A stretch of 64,000 nt of DNA, from NCBI RefSeq assembly GCF_018977255.1, contig NW_024704742.1, positions 124,436,001-124,500,000 of the forward strand, read 5' to 3'. Shown piece after piece: positions 52,301 to 64,000 of this stretch. Position 1 is the stretch's first letter; every line of letters begins with the position of its first letter. The translations under genes were made by a program, and so were the position numbers. Source of the DNA: Callorhinchus milii (lineage: Eukaryota). The notes under the pieces were generated by a model. The model was not told where the DNA came from. It saw only the letters and a program-made list of their open reading frames with translations, and did not search any database.

Positions 52301-52565
52301 ACAAAATACAGTCAATCCACTTTCCGTGAAGCGCTTTGAGATGTCTCAATTTTCAAAATTGGATTTTGCGTTTATATTTACTAATTCTGGTGTAAATTAC
52401 AAAAAAGCAAGACCTGAAAGTTACCTGAAAATCTTCAATTGCATCATAAACAAAGCTTCCTCATTCCTGCAGGCAGGAATTCATAGCAGGGAATTATAGT
52501 TCCCTTCAAAACTCAGTACCACTGCGATTATGCAGGAACATTCCTTTTACACCTTGTCTGCTCAA

Positions 52566-53042
52566 TACAACAACAACTTGCCTTTATATAGCGCCTTCAC
52601 GCGGGGTAGCGTCCTGGAGCGCTTGACATTGGTGGAGTCTGACACCGAGCCTGTGGGAGAGGGAGGGGGGAGGTGACTTGTAAGCAGGATCAAAAAGGAA
52701 GGTCTTTAAGTGGGATTTGAAAGTGAGTGGCAGCGGGTGGTGGTGGCAGCGGGTAAATAGATCGGATAGGTAGGGAGGTGCGAGGGCATGAAAGGATTTG
52801 AAAACGAGTGACAGAAATTGTTCCTTTCGGTAATTTGGCGCCAGTGGAGCCTGGCAAGGACTGATGTGATGGAGGTTTGGAGATTTGTGCGGGTGTGTGT
52901 CCAGGGGGCAGAGTTTTGAATTAATTGAATTTTGTGTTTGGTGGAGCTGGGGAGAGACAGTCCAGTCCAGTCAAGAAGTGACAAAGGCGTGGATGAGGGT
53001 TTCGGCTGAGTAGGTTGTGAGGTATGGACGGAGGCGAGCAGT
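52566..53042 (-). mobile_element. L2 3' fragment with tail
   Basis: KIQLIQNSA...ITSVLARLHW; (CAA)n tail at 52567. Confidence 0.88.
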
Positions 53043-53414
53043 CTTTCTACTTTTTTTGGTTAGCTCGGTGTTTGACACATGCAAAAAAAAAAAAAAACTT
53101 TCCGTTGGTAGGGGATTTGAGGACAAGAAGGCACGAATTCAAGATTGTGACAAGGCAAGTTAAGTAAGAGGTTTAGAAGAATTTCTTCTGCCAGATATGT
53201 TTTATGTAGCCAAGTAGCTTTCATATCCATTTTTTTAAAGTTAGCTAGGTGTCTGGCATATGCGGAAACCCATTAATATACTTAAGAATATTCCAACCAG
53301 ATTGAGAGTTCCACATATACATACAACAAACTGCATGCGGAAGGTTCCCTGCACCTGGAATGGGCACTATCGTTTTGGCAATATGCACTCTACTTATCTA
53401 ATTTCAGAGAGTAT

Positions 53415-54795
53415 TACGCTCAGGATGATAAGAGCCAAGGCGTGAAGACCCTATCTCGGGACTTGAACTCACATAGTCTGGGCTGACATTCCAAATGCAG
53501 TGCTGGGAGTTGTGTTGTATTGTCAGAGGTGTTGCACTTTGGATGAGATGGTAAATTGCAGTTCTGTCTGCCTGTTCAGGCGGTGTTGAAGATCCCATAG
53601 CACTATTTAAGAAGAAAAGGGAGATTTTCCTGGTGTCCGAGCCAACAATAAATAATAATCCTTGCATTTAATAATAATAATAATAATAATCCTTGCATTT
53701 GATATAGCGCTTTTCACGTCGAGAGGACGTCCCAAAGCGCTTCACAGAACACACTGCAAAGTGAATTGACTGTATATTTGTGGGCGAACGCGGCAGCCAA
53801 TTGCGCACAGCAATGTCCCACAAACAGTCGTAGATTGAAAATGACCAATTTATTATTGTTTTTTGTTTTTGGAGGGATTATTATTAGGCGTGTGGAGTAA
53901 GGAAACTTGCCCAAGGTTTCGCCCTCTGCCTGGAATTGAACTCAGGTCTCTCACTTGCAAAGCGAGTGCTCTAACCACTGAGCTACAGGACTCCACATTT
54001 GATATGGTGCTGTATCACGACATTGAGACGTCCCAATGTGCTTCACAAGATATACTGTAAACAACAACAGCAACAACAAGATTACATTTTGTATAGTGCC
54101 TTTCACGTCGGGAGGTCATCCCAAGGCGCTGGACAGTGTATAGCATTTCAAACCCGAGCAGGGGTCAGGGGGGAGGGAGAAGGGAGGGGAGGGGAAGTGG
54201 GGTGGCCGATGGCATGGTCGAAGAGGAGAGTCTTAAAGTGGACTGACTGTGTATTTTGTGGACAAAACACGGCAACCAGTTGTGCACAGCAATGTCCGGC
54301 AAACAGCCATGGAGTCAGTGACAAATGTTTTATTTTGGGGGATTGTTGGCCAGGACACTGAATGTAACTCCCTTCTCTTTTAGAATAATGCCATGGGATC
54401 TTTAACATCCACCTGATCAGGCAGATGGGACCTCAGTTTAACGTCTCATCCAAAGAACTGCATCTCCGACAATGCAACACATCATCAACACTGCATTGGA
54501 GTATCAGTTTAAACTATGAGAGTTCAAGTCCCGCCATGGAATTTGAACCCACAACCTTCAGAGGCGAAGTGCTATCACTGCACCAGCTGACACACACAAT
54601 TTCCCAAATAAAATTGGTCCATCACTTCATGACTATTTGTGCGATAATGTTATGTGCAAATTGGCCGCCACATTCATCTACAAAAATGCCTGTCACTAAA
54701 ACTTTACAGTTATCCTTTAAAGCACTTTGAGACAGTCCTCTCCAGTGTGCTTTCCAGTGAAAGGCACTGAATCATACATAAGGATTATTATTATT
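53415..54795. mobile_element. Nested cluster: old SINE (plus) containing an old SINE (minus), which contains a young SINE (53670-53996, minus) and an L2 tail (54061-54236, minus)
   Basis: The outer SINE stops near 53649 and resumes near 54600. The inner SINE tail is split by the young SINE, with cattt at 53665-53669 and 53996-54000. Confidence 0.85.
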
Positions 54796-55154
54796 AATTA
54801 TTTCAAAAATCTCCTTTAGATCCAACTCTTTAGTAACCTATATATTGCACCCACTGTTAATCACTTTGAGATGATTGCGCTATATAAAATTAAAGTTGTT
54901 ACGGAGTTTCAATTCTGCTATGAGAACCACTGCGACACAAGTTTGAACTTATATTGGATCTAATTGCAACTATATACAGTGATTCTGTTGGAGATAGAAC
55001 CAAGATATTACTACAAACGGGGTGGCTAAAATAAAATAACAACAGATATTCCGAATGCTCAGTTTGCACATAAAAAAACATACTTAGCACTAGCAGTTCT
55101 GACTTTTAGGAACAAAACTGTTGATTGAAATGAAGTAATAATCCCACTAAAACA

Positions 55155-55330
55155 TAAATAAATTGGTCATTTTCAATCCACGACTGTTTGTGGGACGTTG
55201 CTGTGCGCAATTGGCTGCCGCGTTTTGTCCACTAATATACAGTCAATTCACTTTACAGCATATTCTGTGAAGTGCTTTGAGATGTCTGGAAGACATGAAA
55301 AGCGCTATATCAAATGCAAGGATTATTATT
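55155..55330 (+). mobile_element. Young SINE 3' half
   Basis: Near-consensus body and tail. Confidence 0.9.
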
Positions 55331-56159
55331 AAGTCCTTAGGAGTATCTATTAAACAAAGTTAAAACATTGTTAATCAACAGGCAACAAAGTTACCCAATT
55401 AACTGTTGCATGTTAGCTTGTGATGCATGTCGTTTCCCGGAAAAAATAAGAGTAGGCAGCTTTGATAAATAAAAATCCCACACAGCTCTGCGTTTTATGT
55501 TTGACTTTCAAACACATAAATCCTACAAATGATATCTTAAGAGACGTACTTGCCAACTTCTTGGTCATTCCCCATAAACTGTATCATATGCTTTGGATGG
55601 GATATTTGGTAGTGTCACAATCTCAGTCAACAATTGAACAATTTAAGTTTTTTTAATGCGATTTCAATACCTGATTCTGGCACATTACTTATTGCTATCT
55701 CAATAACAAGTCTCTGACAGACTTGCACGTGCAGTTTCCTGAGCGATTGGGTACGGTTGATGAAATGTTTCATGACCTGTAAGTAATGTGGATGACCTCA
55801 GGTCATCATGGATCAAGAACACTAGAATTTTCATCAACTTTTTTTCTTGGGATTGAATCACATCCATGTATAAAAAGCAAAATCAATCAGATGTGATAAA
55901 ATCACTTCACAAATAATATTTGAAACAAAAACAGATTTTCCAAATTATGTTGCACAATGCTGTTTTTTTAGGCACCTTGTCACCTCTCCCCAACTCAGTT
56001 GTATAGTGCCAGAAACATCCCACAATTAAGAGATGATTGACCAATTTTTTTTGGGTGAAGTTTGATGCTCTCTCCATACTATGCCATATGAGATAGTTAA
56101 CGTCTATTTAAACTACCTGACTCCTAAGGATAGCATTTTGAATTGTGAAGCGGTTACCA

Positions 56160-56790
56160 ATTCCTCCCTCGCCTGCTCCTCCCAAGCTCCTCTATTCCTT
56201 TTAACCAATGTATGAATTTTGAATTTCTTCTGAATTGTATCGATGCTGTCTGCTTCAACCATGGTTTCCTGTAGTGAATTCGAAATTCTCACCAGCCCCT
56301 GTGTAAAGAAGTTCCTCCTAAACTCTCTCTTAGATCCATTATATTTCCCCCCCCTTGTTATGGACTCATGAACAAGTGGAACAAGTCAATTTATGTTCAC
56401 CTTATCAAACCCCTTCATAATTTCATCTTCTATAACTTCCATCAAATCCCCTCTCAATCATCTCATTTCCAGGGGGGGGGGAAACCTCTAACCTGTCCAA
56501 TCTTTCCTGATAGTTGTATCCCTCTCATTCCTGGTACCATCCTTGTAAATCTAAGCTAAACACTCTATTTTCTAATATCCTTCTTGCACTAAGATGTCCA
56601 GACTCTACATAGTATTCCAAATGTGGTCTAAACAAGGTTTAAACAAATGGAACATTGATTTCTTGGTTTTGTCGTCTCTTCCTCTGGGGATAAAACCCAA
56701 CAACAAATTACATTTACAGCGCATTTTACATTGGGAGCACGGCTCAAGGGACTGATAGCCTTGGGACTTTATAGCCTTATCTACCTGTTA
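56160..56790 (-). mobile_element. Old degenerate CR1 3' fragment
   Basis: Antisense remnants of RPHLEY (tattccaaatgtggtcta) and FFTQ (tgtgtaaagaa) in CR1 order. Confidence 0.75.
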
Positions 56791-57574
56791 CTTTTAAGGA
56801 ATTACTGATTGATTAGAGCTTTGGCTTAAAGGGGTAATAGGAGTAGGAGGAATCTCTGCCACCAATAGTGACACCACTATGACCCACCTGACTCAGAAAC
56901 CATATTACTGAAAGACCATAGAGAGTTGAACTCAGTCCATTCTCTAATATAGCGTAAATTGCTTTTGGGTTTTCTAAATTAGACCTTAAAGGGCATAAAA
57001 ACAGAAAAAAGCATTCATGTGCCAATTTCTATTCGATCTTTAGTCCTATGGTACACATACTCTGCTCATTGAAAATGTAGAGTGGTACAGAAAATAGCTT
57101 TTACATATATTGCTAATAATAAGCCACTTAAATTTTAGGGTACATATTAATGTTACGGAAAATGTGCCCATTTTTAAGTCAAAACTAAACTAAAGTAATA
57201 AGTAAAAAGTATTACAGTTTAAGGTTAGAACTTGTGATATTCATAGGTTGCAAATAAAAGAATTGTGCCTCACATTATATACCAGACCGACAAATGGTAA
57301 ATTGCAAGTTGTCTTGTCTGAATCACGCAAAACACATCAGCAATTTGCGCCCACGGTGAGCACTTGGCTGCTTTTACTCACTTAAAGAACATACAAAGGT
57401 TACAGATGTGATGAAAGGAGCTGTAACAGTGCTGTTGTGCAATTTTTAACCATTCTGTTAGTGGATTAATTGTGAATGTACAGAATGATAGATATAATCC
57501 CACATATATTAAAATTGACGTAGGGTTCCATCTGATCAATAAATGTGGTAAGCGGACCTTGTCTTGAATATACA

Positions 57575-57713
57575 CTGCTGCTGAATGTACAATTGGCTGC
57601 CGTATTTCGCCCACAAAATACACAGTCAATTCATTTTACAGTATATTCTTTGAAGTTCTTTGAGACGAATCGAAGACCTGATAAGGCACTAAATCAAATG
57701 TAGTATTATTATT
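57575..57713 (+). mobile_element. SINE tail
   Basis: aattggctgccgtatttcgcccacaaaatacacagtcaattca... Confidence 0.8.
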
Positions 57714-57944
57714 AAGAACTGTTGTATAAAAATGTGGTATTATTCTGAATCTCAGGAGAGCTCAACTTTCAGCAGAGGGTTAAAGCTATTGAATAGAATT
57801 GGAAAATTAAGCTTTTACACATTAAAAAATGTCATTTGTCTGTCAGTAACTGTGAAATGGGAAGGAGAAATACTGTATAGTTTTTAGTAAATCAAGTATA
57901 CTAACATTGCATAGGCAATATAATAAACCAGAATAGCTGTGCAT

Positions 57945-58350
57945 CAGTCTGGCTCAGTTGGTCGCCTCGGATTCAGAAGTTTGTGGGTTCAAGCCTCATG
58001 TCGGGCTTGGGACTTCACATAGCCTAGGCTGATAATTTAGTGCGCTGCATTGTTGGAAGTGCCATCCTTTGGAATGTTAATCTGAGCTCCCTGTTCAGGT
58101 AGACATTAAACATCCCATGGCACTACTCAAAAAGAGAAGGGAATTTCTTCCAGTGTCCTGGCCAACAATCCCTCAAATACAATTGGACATTTATTCATGG
58201 CTGTTTGTAGGACATTGTTGTGCGCAAAAATTGGCTGCCACCTTCACCCACAAAATACATAGTCACTACACTTTACAATATACATTCTGTAAGGCCCTTT
58301 GGGGCGTTTTCCTGATGTGAAACGCACTACAACAAATGCATTCTTATTGC
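57945..58350 (+). mobile_element. Full-length old Deu-domain SINE
   Basis: Head tggctcagttggtc...gggttcaagcc (A and B boxes), Deu-like core and tail. Confidence 0.82.
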
Positions 58351-58954
58351 ATGCAATTTTATCTTAAAACTTACTTAATGCACTGTGAGTGATTATATTC
58401 TTACTTTATTTGAAATATTTAATAATCCTATAATAGGCTTGAGATTAAAATTGAGTTATTAATATACATTTGTATAGAGAATATACTGATTTCTCTCTTA
58501 TATTAAAAAAGTGTTTTTCCGTCATCTTCAAAAAGCCTTACAACTAGAAAAACTTAATAGAATATTGCTAGACATTCCAATTACTGTATAAGCTACGTGA
58601 AAAAAAAACCCACCTCCCAGAACAATTTCTGCTTTGCTGGGTAACCATTTGCCTGCAGATATTCTGTATAAAGCATTGAATCATTCACAGACCGGGCATG
58701 CCAGCTAACAGCTCAACATGCTTAATCAAACAATAATTGCTTACAGCAGCAAGCTACAACAAGTACCAGAGGCGGAGTCCTCCTAGTTTCCGCTGTACAT
58801 TTTTCAAAAATCCCTTTACAAGTTTCTAAAATGGCACAAATTATCTAATTAAAAATGCAATACTGAATAAAAAAACTCAATACTGTATAAAATTATCAAA
58901 GCGATAATGTATGAAGATATTCCTTGAATTGTCCATCAATTAATCAAGCTATTC

Positions 58955-59573
58955 CATGTCCCGGTCTGTGTTCCCCCACCTTCGCAACACCGCCTGACTT
59001 CCACCACTGTCTCACACCGCAAACTCCCTGCTTGTCGGCCTCCCCAACTCCTCCCTCCATAGGCTGCAGATCATCCAGAATTCTGCATCCCGTGTGCTCT
59101 CCCGCACCAGGCTCCATGACCGTATCACCTCCATCCTCGCCCGACTCCACCGGCTTCTCATCACACAGAGGATACATTTCAAGATCCTGGTCGTCATATT
59201 CAAAGCCTTCCATGACCTTGATCTCCCCTATCTCTGCGACCTTCTAGCCCCTACCAACCTGCCTACTCCCTCCTCTCAGCTCCAGCGTGCTTCACGAACC
59301 CCACCTCGCCCGCCCCACCATTGGAGGGCGGGTGGTCTGCCACGCTGCTCCTACCTTCTGGAACTCCATCCCTCAGTTGCTCCACCTCGCCCCCTCCCTT
59401 GCCTTCTTCAAGCGCCTCCTCTTCGACCGTGCCTTCGGTCACCCTCCTTCGCCCCCTGCTCTCCACCCTCCCCGATCCCGACCCCCAGCTCGGGTCTGAA
59501 ACACTGATTGTCCAGCTCCTTGGCATGTCCTCGTAATGTGAAAGAGTCTAGACAAATGTCATTTTGTTGTTGT
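58955..59573 (+). mobile_element. L2 3' fragment with tail
   Basis: RLQIIQNSASRVLSRTRLHDRITSILARLH...FKILV; (TTG)n tail. Confidence 0.92.
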
Positions 59574-59819
59574 ACCCAAATCTATGGCTACAATTGATCA
59601 TACAATAATGCTGTATTACTGAAAAGTTTACAGATTGTGGTATAAAATAATTAAAATATCTATCATTCTTAACCAGTTTCCTGTAAAGAAAATTATATTT
59701 CCCTTATGCTATAAATATTAGCAATTTAAGATTTCAACCAATATAATTACATGGACAAAATATAATTTAGCAATTTAGTTTATGGGAATCAAATAAATTT
59801 ATATTTATATAGCTTCTTT

Positions 59820-59935
59820 CACACCAAAATACACAATCTCTACATTTTTCAGTATATTCTATGAAGCACTTTGAGACGTTTTGAAGACGTGATAAGGTGC
59901 TATCTCAAATGCAAGGATTATTCTTATTATTACTA
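59820..59935 (+). mobile_element. SINE tail
   Basis: tgaagcactttgagacgttttgaagacgtgataaggtgctatctcaaatgcaaggatt. Confidence 0.8.
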
Positions 59936-60284
59936 CTATCAGGAGGATATTCCAAGACTTAGCAATAATAGCTTGGCACCCGAGTTGGGGTAAAAATCAT
60001 GTCATCTTTGGTATTTAAAGCCACGTACCAACAGTTATGAAGAAACAATAAGACAAAAAGATGAAGAAGAGGAAGGTTAATGCTCCCATTTATTAGTTTG
60101 TCTACAAATACAGTACAACACTACAGTGAACCGTGTGAATTATTAACAATTGACATTTGTAATTGAGATTCAATTGATATACATTCTGTGAAGCCCTTTA
60201 GGACATTTCCTCAACCACGTTAGAACTAAGTAAACTATTTGTAGAACTAGGTTTATTTATTTATGAAGTCAGATTTGATTCCTA

Positions 60285-60850
60285 GTTATCCTTCTTATCC
60301 CACATTAAGTCCTTAACCAGAACTGCTTTCCTTCACCTCATTGCTGCCTTCAACCCTATCTTATTTCAAATGCTGCTGAAACCCTCATTCATGCCTTTGT
60401 TACATCCCACCTCAATTTTTCCAATGTACTCCTCGCAAGCTCTCCCCAGCTCCATTATAAACCAGATCCAAATGATACAAAACTGTGTCCGTGTCCTCAC
60501 CCATACTACACTCTGCATCCCCATCACCAGATCTTGTCAGGCTCCACTTGCTCCATATTATAGAACCTAACAGATCTCATTTTCAAATCACTTCATACTC
60601 TGGCACCTTCCTACTTCTTTCTTCTGCTCACTCCCCACTCCACCACCCATTGCCTTCACTAAGCTGGCTTGGGTCTTCTGTATATCCTCGTCACCTCTGC
60701 TCCACCATTGGCGGCCATGGGTTCAGTCACTTTGCCCCAAATCTCTGGAACATGCTGCCTCAATCCCGGTGTCTTGCCCCTCTTTAAATCGCATCTGAAG
60801 ACTTTCCCCTTCGACTGTGCCTTCGGTCACCCCCCTCTCTTTCCAGCACT
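60285..60850 (+). mobile_element. Older L2 3' fragment
   Basis: AAETLIHAFVTS, IQMIQN and FSHFAPNLWNMLP remnants. Confidence 0.85.
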
Positions 60851-61144
60851 TTCCTTTGTATCTTTGCTTGGCTTCAATTTTATCACATACCTCCCATAAT
60901 CCAATGACTTCCAAAGTGGCCACAAATTTCAGCTACACCCAGTATCATTTCTCTAAAACCTGTTGCAGCACATGCTGCTTCTCATAGGTATAACTTACAA
61001 GACCAGATTAGGATAAAATGGAAAACTTGCAAAACAGAATTTTGTTGTCTCAGTCTCGTACATGTCAGGTCAAAATATCAGCAATTTCACCAGTTTCGTC
61101 ATCCAATCCTGAAATAATTCTTGATCTGCTAAGAAGATAATAGA

Positions 61145-61430
61145 TGCCAGCCTGGTTCAGTTGGTAGCATTTCCATTATTGGGTAGGAAGTTTGTGGGTT
61201 TAAACCCCATGTTGGGAGGAAAAGTGAGTTTCTTCCAGTGTCCCAGTCAACAATCCCCTAAAATTGGTCATTCACTTCATGGCTGTTCGTGGGACATTGC
61301 TATGTGCAAATTGTGTGCTATACTTATCGACAAAGCACACAGCCACTCCACTTTGCTGAAAATCTTGTGAAGCACTTTGAGACGTCCTCCTGACGTGAAT
61401 AGCACTATGTCAAATACAAGTATTATTATA
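61145..61430 (+). mobile_element. Old SINE with internal deletion
   Basis: Head cagcctggttcagttggtagca joined to the 3' body and tail. Confidence 0.78.
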
Positions 61431-61934
61431 ATAAAAATGACAAACACACAGATAAACAAACAAAATTAGAAGATCTTATCACCAGGTTTCTTCCTCATTA
61501 ATTTATACACCTCAGTTCAATGACAAAAAGGGGATGAGAAGGATTTACTACGTATTTTAAGAGCTGCTGCTTTCTTTGAATACCTGAAAAAATAACGTCT
61601 GATTGCTCAACACTGCCAATCTAATCGATACGATTCTCAGGTTAATGCGTTTGAAGTGGGCACATGAAATGGCTACAGACTGGATTGAATAAACCTCTCC
61701 CTTAACTGAGGGTGTCTTTGTCAGCCAAAAAGATAAATACTCTACTACTAGATGCTACTTGCAATACATTTCTTGGAAATTACATTATGCAAAGAGTTAT
61801 GTAGATCCTTGATTGTATTGCGAAAGAACAGTTTAAGATCGAACAAGACCATTGTTTCATCTGTTTACTGAAATTTGCACTTTGCACGGAGTGTATATTG
61901 CTCATAATCTTTTAGCACTCCAACCACTTGACAG

Positions 61935-61980
61935 AGAAGAAAATCTGGAAACCTACATTAAGAAGAAAATCTGGAAACCT
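61935..61980. repeat. 20-bp perfect direct repeat agaagaaaatctggaaacct with a 6-bp spacer
   Basis: Copies at 61935-61954 and 61961-61980. Confidence 0.95.
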
Positions 61981-62780
61981 TGCTAGAAGCTGCATAAAAA
62001 CAGCAAACTATATTCGGGTATTAATGAATTCAAAGCCAAATTTGGAATATGACATAGTAAAGAAGCTTAGGGTTTAAAAAAAAGTAAACTATTAAGCTTG
62101 AAGTTGGGAACCATCCCCTCGAAAAACAGTAAGAGTACTTCCTAATTAAAGGTTGAACAGTTTATGTCACATTTGTAACAGGTATGATGATGAAAGAGTA
62201 TCCAAATGAATGATCTGTTGGCAACTATTCCCATTTGAGCCAACCCTAAAAAAAGGCCGGATTTCCCCAATGAATATCCAAACACCTGGGCTTGGGGAGA
62301 ACAGGATTTAATTCCTGGACAGATTTATTTTCATTTCTGCTCAACACTTGAAAAACAAGCAAATGGTGAACTGAAGACTTGACCCTATAGAATCCATCCA
62401 GTCTGGTAAAGAAAATGGCTTGTCCGCCTGTATTCACTTGATAGAAACCGAGGATATGTCTGATTCAAAACAATGACTGCATCCCAGACCAAGAACATGC
62501 AGAGGGGCCACGTTCAGAATCCTGGTCACAAATGAATTCAAAGCTTCAAAATCACTTGAAAGACTGACCCAGGGGTACATCCGTGGGAAACTTGTAGAGT
62601 CTTCCTCTTCTTCAGAATCTGACCAAAAGCAAAATACGGCTGTTATCTCAGACCTTAACCATCTGAGAAAATTAATATTATTTCTTTGACACTTCCAGTG
62701 TCAATCACAGAGCTAGTGTGGACAGAGAAAATGTTTGGAAGGGCCTTATACCTTCAGATAAGATAATCCAATTCATATAA

Positions 62781-62999
62781 TACTACTTGCATTTGATATA
62801 GCGCCTTATCACGTTTTTCAAGACGTCTCAAAGCGCTTCACAGAATATAACGTGGGTATTTTGTGGGTGAAATGCGACGATCAATTACGCACAGCAGTGA
62901 GTCACAAAGTCATGGATTGAGGAACCAAATTATTATTATTATTTATTTTTTCTTTTTGAACAGATTATTACCCAGGAAAACGATCCGCCAATTGACTAA
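62781..62999 (-). mobile_element. Young SINE (long form) 3' part
   Basis: Tail at 62785; cgatccgccaattgactaa segment at the right end. Confidence 0.85.
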
Positions 63000-63039
63000 T
63001 ATATAACCATTATATAACACTCACAGAGATACTTTCTAT

Positions 63040-63640
63040 GAGGCAAGTTCTGAAGTACTGAAGTCTTTCCCTTGAAGCCTTTCAGTTCATTTGACTCCCA
63101 CTTAAGTATGTTTATGGAAAATTAACCCTGCCTTCAGACACCACCCAAAGCAGAAATATCAACACTGTGTGGGTATCAGAATCCCGAAGCATCAGTCCTT
63201 CCGCTTTATAAACACAAGTCAGTGTTCCGGTGATCTCGGGTGTTAACGAGCACTATCCTTGTGATGGACAGATTTAAGGCCAGACCAGTCCACCTGATCA
63301 GTCCAGATACATACAGTAGATCCATGACACACATTAGCTGGCATCAATCAGTGTATCTAGTGCAATGCCAGGATGCGTTGCATGTGTTGTAGTCAAATAC
63401 TTAATCTTAGGCTTTCACATTCATCCTGGCAATGCCAGTGGAACACTCGTTCGCAGCACTTGTTGAATGCTCTGGCAGCTTGGGTGGTTTGGGTTCACAG
63501 AATGCCTTTTCATTATTGACCAATTCTTCTATACTGGCCAAGTTGACAGATGTAATGCTGATCTGAAACAGATTTCCTTCAGAATCTTCTCTTGGCATAT
63601 TGAATCTTATTGAGTTGAGCTCAGGCAAAGAATTCAAGAC
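63040..63640 (-). mobile_element. Possible highly decayed RTE-type non-LTR retrotransposon, RT C-terminal region
   Basis: Across frameshifts, in the expected order: xxLGSI, AARAFNKxxERVF, VMDLLYVSGxxxWT and P*xILKWE, resembling RTE motifs YLGS, AxxAFxKLxxRV, LLYGxExW and PKxxLxW. Confidence 0.45.
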
Positions 63641-63671
63641 AAATCATGCAAAAAACCATAATATAACAAAT

Positions 63672-63966
63672 GAGGAAACTTTGGGCATGTTTCCTTACTC
63701 CACATGCCTCTGTTTACTTAGAAATAAGTAGTTGTTAAATCGTTTGGCAGATCGCTTTTCCGGCGGTAATAATCCCGTAAAAAAAAATTTGGTTTGTTAA
63801 TCTATGACTGTTTGTGGGACACTGCTGTGTGCAATTGGCTGCCGTGATTCACCCACAAAACATACAGTCAATTCACTTCACAGTATATTCTGTGAAGAGC
63901 TTTGAGACGTTTAGAAGACGTGACAGAATACATCATATCAATATATCAAATACAAGGATTATTATT
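63672..63966 (+). mobile_element. Young SINE (long form), head truncated
   Basis: gaaactttgggcatgtttccttactccac...canonical tail. Confidence 0.88.
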
Positions 63967-64000
63967 GTATAATGTGCCTGCTGGAGAAGCATCTTAAACA

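Larger units (their letters stand above)
22657..64000 (-). other. NDUFS4: Probable NDUFS4 intron 2 (more than 41 kb, runs past the window end)
   Basis: No exon encoding the expected ...ITVDEKL with a phase-0 donor was found by eye between the exon 3 acceptor and the window end. Confidence 0.65.

Noticed and set aside
53650..53700. Apparent slippage duplication of a SINE 3' end
   Set aside because: Better explained as a young SINE inserted into the tail of an older SINE with TSD cattt.
55791..55807. gatgacct-c-aggtcatc as a nuclear receptor element
   Set aside because: A single 8-bp-arm palindrome with atypical everted spacing and no supporting context.
55815..55850. NDUFS4 exon 2 candidate (gttgatgaaaatt on the minus strand, like VDEK)
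   Set aside because: No GT donor follows and the upstream sequence does not resemble the expected QLITV.
62434..62618. Exon-like 61-codon frame DSEEEEDSTSF...SIK* after a ...ggtcag acceptor on the minus strand
   Set aside because: No recognisable homology, and its phase does not fit the phase-0 NDUFS4 intron; likely chance.

Overview
This is AT-rich vertebrate genomic DNA. The repeat content (CR1 and L2 LINEs, Deu-domain SINEs, Penelope-derived elements) points to a cartilaginous fish, possibly a chimaera; that assignment is inference. The only host gene I can support is NDUFS4 (complex I 18 kDa subunit) on the minus strand. Its last three coding exons are 22484-22656, 17833-17906 and 16770-16873, all with GT-AG boundaries, followed by two AATAAA signals. 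I could not find exons 1-2, so 22657-64000 is probably one intron of more than 41 kb. The rest is transposable elements, often nested, separated by repeat-poor stretches that may be regulatory. The most notable signals are: a 208-bp fold-back Penelope-derived element with a 14-bp target-site duplication (TSD) and an intact minimal hammerhead ribozyme core (48776-48983), plus a decayed second copy at 19495-20045; several short perfect hairpins; a chimeric SINE family sharing the L2 3' tail; and a Gly-to-Asp change at the NDUFS4 exon 4/5 junction. No CRISPR array, tRNA/rRNA gene or intact transposon ORF was seen, and I found no convincing wholly new system. Repeat boundaries are approximate (about 10-20 bp).
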